Virus record (IMG/VR): IMGVR_UViG_3300036798_000298
Span: 1-29,773 of that record
Strand: one strand, 5' to 3'
DNA: 29,773 nucleotides
Origin: a virus
Lineage: Duplodnaviria > Caudoviricetes
Shown here: positions 16,544 through 23,109 of the stretch, piece by piece
How the letters are laid out: each line of letters begins with the position of its first letter
How positions within the stretch are numbered: position 1 is the first letter of the stretch
Program-made: the position numbers and the translations under genes
The notes under the pieces: generated by a model
What the model was told of the DNA's origin: nothing
Database searches by the model: none
The model's input: the letters and a program-made list of their open reading frames with translations, nothing else

Positions 16544-17544
16544 GCGGCACGCTCCATCAGCTGCAGGACGGCCTGACCGATCACTTCCGGGATCTGCGGG
16601 ACGACCGCGTTGCCGAGCGACCTAAGTCGGTCCACCCGGGCGGGAACCCCATGAGCCACTCGACCCACGTCGGGTTCAGTGAGCCACTGGCTCTCGACTG
16701 TCCGACCACCTTGCCGAGATCCGGCGACGAGCGGTCGAACGTCCCCGCCGACGCCCCGTCCTTCCAGTCCCGGGATTTCGGGGTCGGCCAGAGCTTCACG
16801 GCCGTTTGCAGGTTCATGCCGCCCTGCAGGTTCGGCCCCCGCCCAGCGCCGGTTGATCCGTTCGCCCGTGGCGTCGGCCACATCCGAAGCGACTGGTTGA
16901 CCGCCCGCCCCAGTTCGTTGCCACTCGGCCCGTTGCTCCGGCCATCCGGGCTGAAGCCGTGCGGCGTCGGCCAGATGGGCTTCAAGAAGTCCCGCGGCGA
17001 CCGCCCCGCGGATCGCATCGCCGAAGCCTTGGTGTTCGAGGCTTCCGGCGTAGGCAACAAGCCAGATCCGGTCTCGCCGGTGAGGGGCGCCAACGGCGGA
17101 AGCTGGAATACAGTCCCACCACGCATCGTACCCGACCGCGGCCAGGTCTCCGAGAACCTCTCCAAGCCCTCGATAAAGGAGAGCTGTGACGTTCTCCACA
17201 AAGACGAGGCGGGGTCGAAGCTCGCGAACGAGGCGAGCGTATTCACGCCATAATCCCGACCGCTCGCCCACGAGGCCCGCGCCACGGCCCGCGACACTGA
17301 TGTCCTGGCAGGGGAACCCGCCGCAGATGGCGTCAACGGCAAGTCCATCGGCAGCAAGCCGGTCTGCGGTAAGGGTGCGTACGTCATGATAACAGGGCGC
17401 CTCGGGCCAGTGCCTCGCCAGCACACGCCGGCAGAACGGGTCGATCTCGCAGAAAGCGACGGTCCTGAACCCACCGGTCTGCTCAAGCCCGAGGCTGAAG
17501 CCGCCGATGCCCGAGAAGAGGTCGAGGGTGCGGAGCTGGGTCAT
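16540..17544 (-). CDS. C5-cytosine DNA methyltransferase, main (alpha) chain
   Basis: Motif I DLFSGIGG, IV GGFPCQDIS, VI FVENV, VIII PHRRDR and X LGNAVVPQ. Motif IX is absent from this frame. TGATG-coupled start at 17544. Confidence 0.92.
   Translation of the reverse strand: MTQLRTLDLFSGIGGFSLGLEQTGGFRTVAFCEIDPFCRRVLARHWPEAPCYHDVRTLTADRLAADGLAVDAICGGFPCQDISVAGRGAGLVGERSGLWREYARLVRELRPRLVFVENVTALLYRGLGEVLGDLAAVGYDAWWDCIPASAVGAPHRRDRIWLVAYAGSLEHQGFGDAIRGAVAAGLLEAHLADAARLQPGWPEQRAEWQRTGAGGQPVASDVADATGERINRRWAGAEPAGRHEPANGREALADPEIPGLEGRGVGGDVRPLVAGSRQGGRTVESQWLTEPDVGRVAHGVPARVDRLRSLGNAVVPQIPEVIGQAVLQLMERAA
16581..17387 (-). CDS. Nested alternative-frame MTase beta chain (tandem WPTP modules plus motif IX)
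   Basis: Frame open for 301 codons inside the MTase gene and ending SLNPTWVEWLMGFPPGWTDL (motif IX-like). Candidate ATGs at 17387 and 17348. Confidence 0.75.
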   Translation of the reverse strand: MTYAPLPQTGLLPMDLPLTPSAAGSPARTSVSRAVARASWASGRDYGVNTLASFASFDPASSLWRTSQLSFIEGLERFSETWPRSGTMRGGTVFQLPPLAPLTGETGSGLLPTPEASNTKASAMRSAGRSPRDFLKPIWPTPHGFSPDGRSNGPSGNELGRAVNQSLRMWPTPRANGSTGAGRGPNLQGGMNLQTAVKLWPTPKSRDWKDGASAGTFDRSSPDLGKVVGQSRASGSLNPTWVEWLMGFPPGWTDLGRSATRSSRRSRK

Positions 17545-18389
17545 CACGCCGCCTCCGCGCTGCACATCAGGCCGCACTCAACGTCGTGTTCATCGTCGTC
17601 GGGCGCCGGATCAAACAGGGAGGGCTGCTGGGTGACCTCGCGCTGCAGGGTCGCGTAGCTGTACTCGGTGACGAACCGGCCCTTGCCGACCTTCTCCTGC
17701 TCGATCCACCAGTCAGCCGTCCCCGGCTGCTCGCGGATGATCGTGCTGAGCTTGCCGCGCGATTTCAGGAAACACAGGTCGCAGTTGCCCTCGTAACCGC
17801 GCAAGCCGAGGTCGAACGGCTGGGCCCCCCAGAACGCCATTACGTCGGCCTTGGTGACGCCCGCCTTCATCAGCGGCATCGCCATGCGATCGCGCCGCTT
17901 GCCGGCGTCGTTGCTGGCCAGCGCCTTCAGCACCCGGTGGCCTTCGTCGGCCCGCAACCCGATGATCGAGGTCCAGTGGTCCCAGCCCAGGGTCTCCTGG
18001 GCGAAGAAGCCCATCACCTTGACCTTCAGTTCGTCGGTGCAGAACCGGGTGACCGCGTTCGGCGTGTAGCCGCGCGCCTGGATCACGGTTGCGAACGGCT
18101 CGCCCTGCCGGCTGGCGCTGTTGTGGCTGACTTCGGTGAACCGGTCGGCCAGCGGGCCGTACCGCTCGCGCCGCTCCAGCCAGTGGACGTGGACCCCGAA
18201 GGCCTCGCTGCACCGCTGCACAAAGGTCAGGGTCTCTTCGCGCTCCTTGCCGGTGTTGGCGAAGCAGACGTGCACGTCGTCCGGCAGCTTGCCGTCGAAG
18301 GCCCGGACGATCTCGTGCAGCATGAACCCGGAGGTGCGGCCCCCGGAGAAGCTGATCAGCGCCGGGCCCTCGATGCGATAGGGGCTCAT
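17544..18389 (-). CDS. PAPS-reductase-family (PP-loop) protein
   Basis: ISFSGGRTSG, FANTGKE, RFCTDELK, IGLRADE and GNCDLCFLK motifs. ATGA-coupled start at 18389. Confidence 0.85.
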   Translation of the reverse strand: MSPYRIEGPALISFSGGRTSGFMLHEIVRAFDGKLPDDVHVCFANTGKEREETLTFVQRCSEAFGVHVHWLERRERYGPLADRFTEVSHNSASRQGEPFATVIQARGYTPNAVTRFCTDELKVKVMGFFAQETLGWDHWTSIIGLRADEGHRVLKALASNDAGKRRDRMAMPLMKAGVTKADVMAFWGAQPFDLGLRGYEGNCDLCFLKSRGKLSTIIREQPGTADWWIEQEKVGKGRFVTEYSYATLQREVTQQPSLFDPAPDDDEHDVECGLMCSAEAA

Positions 18390-18715
18390 TCGCCGTTCTC
18401 GCGTCGGCTGAACCAGATCGTCGTGTCGCTGGTGACGATGCTGTAGGAGTGCTGGCACATCGCGTGCAGCAGGATCTCGGCCAGCTGGGATGCACGGGTG
18501 AAGATCTCGCCGGGTGTCCTCGGGAACCGCGGGTAGTTGATGAAGCCGATCCGCACGCCGGTCTCGGCGCCGCCGGTGAAGATGAATTCCACCGGCTCGA
18601 CGGTGACGCACTCACCCACCTCAAAGGTGAACTCGCGGCAGAACTCCCGGGCGGTCTGGAGGTCGCCGCCGATGTAGATCTGGGCCGTATAGGTGGTGGC
18701 GTTGGCGGATTGCAT
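18386..18715 (-). CDS. Conserved hypothetical phage protein (109 aa)
   Basis: CVTVEP..FIFTGG.E.G...GFINYPRFP motif; AGGAGG SD. Confidence 0.75.
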   Translation of the reverse strand: MQSANATTYTAQIYIGGDLQTAREFCREFTFEVGECVTVEPVEFIFTGGAETGVRIGFINYPRFPRTPGEIFTRASQLAEILLHAMCQHSYSIVTSDTTIWFSRRENGE

Positions 18716-18734
18716 CTAAGCCGCCTCCTGCTCA

Positions 18735-19148
18735 TCATCGCTCAAGGATGTGCAGACCGCCTCCGGTACGACCGCATCTGCGCCAGCCCGAGGCCAGGAA
18801 ACAGTAACCGGGATTAGGGCTCCGCACTGCTTCCGCACGGACGTAGGTGTAATGCCTCTCACCAGGCCAGACGTGATCAGCGACAGCGTCTGCCTGTCGG
18901 ATAAGGAGTGACGAGAGCGTCGGGCCCTCGTTGCGGAAGATGGCGCAGTTGATCCCTCGCTGCCCGCTGGCGTCAGCAAATCGTCGCCAAACAAACATGG
19001 CGTCTCCGCTTTGGGTGCGGAGGCATATTTTCTCACCCGGCCCGACGAAGATCGTGCGGACACGACCGTCAGCATAGCGGTAGGCGCTGTAGTGCCGCTC
19101 ATAGAGGGCCAGGCAGGTCCGGTCGCCGTCTCGGGTGATCCACCACAA
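18735..19148 (-). CDS. Mom/XF1762-like GNAT-fold DNA-modification protein
   Basis: ERHYS, NCAIFRNEG..SSLLI, YTYV and NPGYCFLASGW motifs. The only in-frame starts are non-ATG (TTG at 19148; see the frameshift finding). Confidence 0.7.
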   Translation of the reverse strand: MWWITRDGDRTCLALYERHYSAYRYADGRVRTIFVGPGEKICLRTQSGDAMFVWRRFADASGQRGINCAIFRNEGPTLSSLLIRQADAVADHVWPGERHYTYVRAEAVRSPNPGYCFLASGWRRCGRTGGGLHILER

Positions 19149-19176
19149 CGGGCCGTCCTGAAAGGGCTATCCGCCA

Positions 19177-19680
19177 TCAGGCCGCCTCCTGACCATGCTC
19201 CCGCAGGAACTGGCGGCGTCCGTAGTCGGCGATCAGCGCCGCCTCGGCGCGCCCGTGGTGGGCCTTGTTCGGCCACCGGCCGGTCTCTTTCGGCCAGCGC
19301 AGCGAAGCCGCCTTGCGGCTTTCGTCCTTGTCGCCGGTGACGCCTGCAGCGCGCTTCCAGACGCCAGGCAGCACCATCTTCAGCGGTATGAAATTAGCGG
19401 CGACCACGCCGCATAAGAGACCGTAGACCTGCCCGAAATCGAACGCCTGCACCGAGCCCTCGTGAGGCCGTGACCACACCCGCTCGATCCAGGCCTCGGT
19501 GATATGCGCCGCCTGCTCATCGATCAGCTGGGCCAGCCGGTAGGTGTCGATCTCCTTCTTGTTTTTCAGCTGCAGGACCGGAATGTCGTGGATGGCGACC
19601 AGATCGCCGGTCAGCAGATTGATCAGGGCCAGGTCGCCCCGCTTGCCGCTGTCGATGCCGAGGATCAGGTCGCCGCTCAT
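19177..19680 (-). CDS. RuvC-like Holliday junction resolvase
   Basis: ILGIDSG, AWIERV, AF.FG..YG, P..WK and GRAEAALIA motifs. ATGA-coupled start at 19680. Confidence 0.85.
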   Translation of the reverse strand: MSGDLILGIDSGKRGDLALINLLTGDLVAIHDIPVLQLKNKKEIDTYRLAQLIDEQAAHITEAWIERVWSRPHEGSVQAFDFGQVYGLLCGVVAANFIPLKMVLPGVWKRAAGVTGDKDESRKAASLRWPKETGRWPNKAHHGRAEAALIADYGRRQFLREHGQEAA

Positions 19681-19763
19681 CTGAGCGCCGCCAACAGCCA
19701 GCCGGTCAGCAGACCCAGCAGGAACGCGACCATCAGGATCAGGGGCGTACGGAGCGCCCACAT
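19677..19763 (-). CDS. Tiny single-TM peptide (28 aa)
   Basis: MWALRTPLILMVAFLLGLLTGWLLAALR*, with TGATG overlap to cro and ATGA overlap to the resolvase. Confidence 0.65.
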   Translation of the reverse strand: MWALRTPLILMVAFLLGLLTGWLLAALR

Positions 19764-19984
19764 CAGGCTACATCCTGCAGCTTGTTTTTCCGCACATCGG
19801 CCGCGATGGCCAGTTCATGCAGCGTGCAGAGACCCTCGTCCGCGAACAAGCGCCAGTATTCCGATGGTATTCGGTCGCGCAACATCCACGACTTCACCAT
19901 TTCGTACCGGCTACTAAGGCCAAGCTTAGCATGGACCTTTTTCGGGCCACCGCCGTCGCGGATGATTGCTGCGTGGGTTCTCAT
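19763..19984 (-). CDS. Cro-like regulator
   Basis: IIRDGGGPKKVHAKLG...VKSW..RDRIP.EYW; divergent from the repressor. Confidence 0.8.
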   Translation of the reverse strand: MRTHAAIIRDGGGPKKVHAKLGLSSRYEMVKSWMLRDRIPSEYWRLFADEGLCTLHELAIAADVRKNKLQDVA

Positions 19985-20080
19985 GGCCAGCAAGTATAAC
20001 GGGTAAACCGTTGTGCCCCGCAAGCTCTCATTTTTCGGAGCGTGTTGGCCAAGCTTAAAAAGTGGGCATACTGCACCGCG
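19985..20080. promoter_or_regulatory. cI/cro genetic switch with divergent, probably leaderless promoters
   Basis: TATACT lies 8 nt before the cro ATG. TTGGCC-16-CATACT lies 8 nt before the cI ATG. Palindrome AACGG-N5-CCGTT at 19998-20012. Confidence 0.6.
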
Positions 20081-20644
20081 ATGGAGACCGCGGGGACAAG
20101 GCTACGAGCGGCGCGTGAGGCCGCAGGCTTTGCAACGGCCAAGGCTGCTGCGTGCAGCATGGGCATACCTGTTACGACCTACACCATGCATGAGGCCTCG
20201 GTTACCCACCTGCCCGCCAAGCGGGCCGAGATGTACGCCAGGGTGTTCGACACCACACCGGAGTGGCTGCTCTACGGCCGGGATCCGCGATCGCCTCCGA
20301 CAGGCGTGCCGCTGCTCACCGAAGACGGCGAGAACGTCTTCGGGATGACTGTGCGGACGCCGGAAGCCGGCGCCATGACCAGGGCGCTGATGGTTGAGGA
20401 TTTCAGCCCTGAACTCGACGGCTGGATGGCCTATTTCGAGTACCCGCAGGGTGGGATGACCCCTGACCTGCTGGGCCTCCTATGCGTCGTTGCGGTGAAG
20501 TTCGAAGGTCTGCCACGGCTCTGGGTGCGGAAGCCGATCGCGGCTGAGACAGCCGACCACCACCATCTGACAGAGGGTGCTTTTCCGCTGTTCGATCAAA
20601 TAATCTTGTGGGCGGCTCGCATAGACTACTTCGGTCGCGGCTGA
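20081..20644 (+). CDS. CI-like repressor (XRE HTH plus S24-like C-terminal domain)
   Basis: RLRAAREAAGF.TAKAAA..MGI...TY..HE...YAR.F.TTPEWLLYG. Confidence 0.85.
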   Translation: METAGTRLRAAREAAGFATAKAAACSMGIPVTTYTMHEASVTHLPAKRAEMYARVFDTTPEWLLYGRDPRSPPTGVPLLTEDGENVFGMTVRTPEAGAMTRALMVEDFSPELDGWMAYFEYPQGGMTPDLLGLLCVVAVKFEGLPRLWVRKPIAAETADHHHLTEGAFPLFDQIILWAARIDYFGRG

Positions 20645-20790
20645 TCTGGCGTCTGCCGCTGGTGGCGGCGTCTCTGAGCGCAGCCTTGAATTCTCAGTAC
20701 ATAGCTGCGCCGTACCTGAAGAACGGATTTTCCGGGGCTTGCAATTGCAGTGCGTTCTGGCGCAGCGTCAGGTCCATGGAGGGTTCTCCT

Positions 20791-21105
20791 ATGACCTGCC
20801 AAGCGAAACTATTTGCACCCGCGCACGCCGCGGTGATCCTTCTCGATACGGAGCGATACGAGGACGCGATCCTTACCGGCCGTGACGGCCCACGGGATCC
20901 GATCAGAGGCGACGGCTTGCGGATCGTCTACGACGGAAGCGGCACGCTGCCGGCGACGACGTTCGTCGGGCCGGACGGTCAGGTCGAACTGACCGGCGCC
21001 GCCGAGATCCATCAGGCCAGGTTGGCGATGGAGCGCGCCGACAGGCTCGCCGAAGCGTTCGGCCCGGAACTGGCTTACGACCAGTGGAAGGCCCTCCAGT
21101 CGTGA
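20791..21105 (+). CDS. Hypothetical protein
   Basis: MTCQAKLFAP... after a GGAGG SD. Confidence 0.65.
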   Translation: MTCQAKLFAPAHAAVILLDTERYEDAILTGRDGPRDPIRGDGLRIVYDGSGTLPATTFVGPDGQVELTGAAEIHQARLAMERADRLAEAFGPELAYDQWKALQS

Positions 21106-21224
21106 GCGGCCGGCAGCTTATGATCCTCGTGGACCTGATCCTGATCGGCGCCCTGCTCGTGGCGATCGGTTACTTCGCTTCGGTCGGCATCCTCGACGTG
21201 ATGCAGGGGACGGTCGGCCAATGA
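21102..21224 (+). CDS. Small single-TM peptide (40 aa)
   Basis: MSGRQLMILVDLILIGALLVAIGYFASVGILDVMQGTVGQ*, with GTGA and ATGA overlaps. Confidence 0.6.
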   Translation: MSGRQLMILVDLILIGALLVAIGYFASVGILDVMQGTVGQ

Positions 21225-21427
21225 GCCTGATCGCCACGCCGGTGGACTACTTCATGGTCTGGACGAAGTCCGGCTGGGCGCCGCGGCGCAGGCACATGAC
21301 GTTCGTTGACGCGATGCGCGAAGCTCGCCGCCTGGCTGAACTGAGACCGGGCTCCGAGTACGTCGTGCTGCACGCCCTGGGCAGTGTCAGCGTCCCGCGC
21401 CAGCCGATCTCAGCCCAGGCGCTCTAG
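21221..21427 (+). CDS. Conserved small phage protein
   Basis: F.VW.....P...H.T...A..EA.RLA...PG..Y.VL pattern. Confidence 0.7.
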   Translation: MSLIATPVDYFMVWTKSGWAPRRRHMTFVDAMREARRLAELRPGSEYVVLHALGSVSVPRQPISAQAL

Positions 21428-21439
21428 GGAGGGAGCCCC

Positions 21440-21733
21440 ATGGCCAGAACAATTCCGCAGATCCGCGATCGCCTACATGCGATCGCCACCGACCTTGAGG
21501 TGGCCGGCTTCGCCGTCCTCAGCGGCGAGCTACACGGCCTGGCTGAAGAAACCCGGCGCCTCTACCACGGTCGGCGTGCGCCGGTACGTTCCCGCAAGCT
21601 CACTGATGAACTGGCGGCGCGGATCCGGGACGACGCCTGGGCGCACCCGACCGAGCATCAGGAACACATCGCGCGACGCCACGGCGTGGTCGGGGGCCGG
21701 GTCAGCGAGGCGCTCTACGGTAAGCGCGGCTAG
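21440..21733 (+). CDS. Small protein with a C-terminal HTH-like motif
   Basis: HPTEHQEHIARRHGVVGGRVSEALYG; GGAGGGAG SD. Confidence 0.7.
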   Translation: MARTIPQIRDRLHAIATDLEVAGFAVLSGELHGLAEETRRLYHGRRAPVRSRKLTDELAARIRDDAWAHPTEHQEHIARRHGVVGGRVSEALYGKRG

Positions 21734-21774
21734 TTGTTGAAGTTTTTCTGGCGCACACAAGGAAAGGTGGCAGT

Positions 21775-22470
21775 ATGCACCGCGAAAACAAGCTTGCTGA
21801 GGCTTCAATGGAAGCTGGGTTGGGCAGTGCGGCAGTCAGCCGTTTTCCGAACGCACCGCCGGCGATCCGGGCCCTGCCTGTCGATCCGCGAGGCTACCCG
21901 ATCCCGTGGTTTGTCGGTGAGTTGAACGGCGTCCGCGATTTCCGGGTGTTACATCCCAGCGCCATCGTGAAGGCCGCGCGCCACAACACCTGCTGGATCT
22001 GCGGCAGGCCGTTAGGCCGTATAAAGACCTTCGTCATCGGGCCAATGTGCGCCGTGAACCGGGTCTCGTCAGAGCCGCCGTCGCACCGGATCTGCGCCAC
22101 CTTTGCCGCTGAAGCCTGCCCGTTCCTGACCCGGCCGCTGGCCAGACGGCGAACGGCGGGACTGGAAGATCTCGAGGATTGCACGGCCGGCATCGCCATC
22201 GATCGCAACCCGGGCGTCACCCTTCTGTGGGGATGCCTGCGCTACACGACCTTCCCGAGTAACGGCGGCATCCTGTTCGACATCGGCGCGCCCGAGGATC
22301 TGCGGTGGTACGCCCATGGCCGCGCCGCGACCCGTGAAGAGGTGATGGCCTCGATCACGTCGGGCGTGCCGATCCTGCGTGAGGTCGCCGAACAGGACGG
22401 CCCGCTGGCGATAGCTGACCTCGACAAGGCCCTTGAGCGCGCCCTGCGCCTGCTGCCGAAGGCCGCGTGA
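21775..22470 (+). CDS. Conserved Cys/His-containing hypothetical protein
   Basis: D.RGYPIPWFV, CWICG and EPPSHRICA..A...CPFL motifs. Confidence 0.75.
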   Translation: MHRENKLAEASMEAGLGSAAVSRFPNAPPAIRALPVDPRGYPIPWFVGELNGVRDFRVLHPSAIVKAARHNTCWICGRPLGRIKTFVIGPMCAVNRVSSEPPSHRICATFAAEACPFLTRPLARRRTAGLEDLEDCTAGIAIDRNPGVTLLWGCLRYTTFPSNGGILFDIGAPEDLRWYAHGRAATREEVMASITSGVPILREVAEQDGPLAIADLDKALERALRLLPKAA

Positions 22471-22772
22471 TGGCCTGGACCCCCCCGCGACCTCCCGAAC
22501 CCGCTGTAGGGCCCTTAGCGGGGCTGCTGCGTGCCTACTACCGCAGCTGTCAGTTCAGCCTGAAGCGCAACCCTTCCGCGGAGGAAGTGGTCGGCTTCCT
22601 TCTCGACCGCCTCATCGAAAACGATTTCGAGCTACTGGCGAAGCTGCACGCCAAGTCAGGGGCCAGGCCTTCCCCGCGTTCTGGTGGCCCAAAACAAGCA
22701 GCACCCTCATCCCTGAAACAGGAACGGAACCGAAAAAATGGCGTCAGTCACAAGGTTGTTCGCCGTGACTAA
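22470..22772 (+). CDS. Hypothetical protein
   Basis: TGATG coupling to the upstream gene. Confidence 0.5.
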   Translation: MAWTPPRPPEPAVGPLAGLLRAYYRSCQFSLKRNPSAEEVVGFLLDRLIENDFELLAKLHAKSGARPSPRSGGPKQAAPSSLKQERNRKNGVSHKVVRRD

Positions 22773-23109
22773 GAAGGCCCCGGCCCCGCCGCCGGCCCCG
22801 CTGCCGTACGTCAGCCAGGCCAAGTGGAACAAGCCGGTTCCGAAGATCAACTTCATCCCGGCGCAGTCGTGGCTTGGGTACAACTGGCTGGATAAGGATC
22901 CTGAGCTGGACCGGATCAAGGCGGCTATAGCTGACAGCGGCTGGACGCTTGAGCAGATCGAGCGGGAGACCGAGAAAAACGGCCACCGGGTGTCGAAATT
23001 CACCCTCATGGCCTGGATGTACGGCTCAACAAAACGGCCCCAGAACGCGTCAATGAACAACGTTCTCGCTGCGATCGGCTGGTCGCGTGAGTGGGTGAAA
23101 CTGCGGTGA
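22738..23109 (+). CDS. XRE-like HTH protein
   Basis: SGWTLEQIERET...VSKFTL.AW.YG.TKRPQ.....VL.AIG. Confidence 0.7.
   Translation: MASVTRLFAVTKKAPAPPPAPLPYVSQAKWNKPVPKINFIPAQSWLGYNWLDKDPELDRIKAAIADSGWTLEQIERETEKNGHRVSKFTLMAWMYGSTKRPQNASMNNVLAAIGWSREWVKLR

Noticed and set aside
16581-17486. MTase as a frameshifted pseudogene or sequencing error
   Set aside because: Both frames are fully open, and motif X returns in the main frame directly after motif IX in the other frame. A single indel cannot explain this.
17544-18389. cysH auxiliary metabolic gene for sulfate assimilation
   Set aside because: The family match is only to the PP-loop superfamily, and the context is DNA modification, so the symbol was not assigned.
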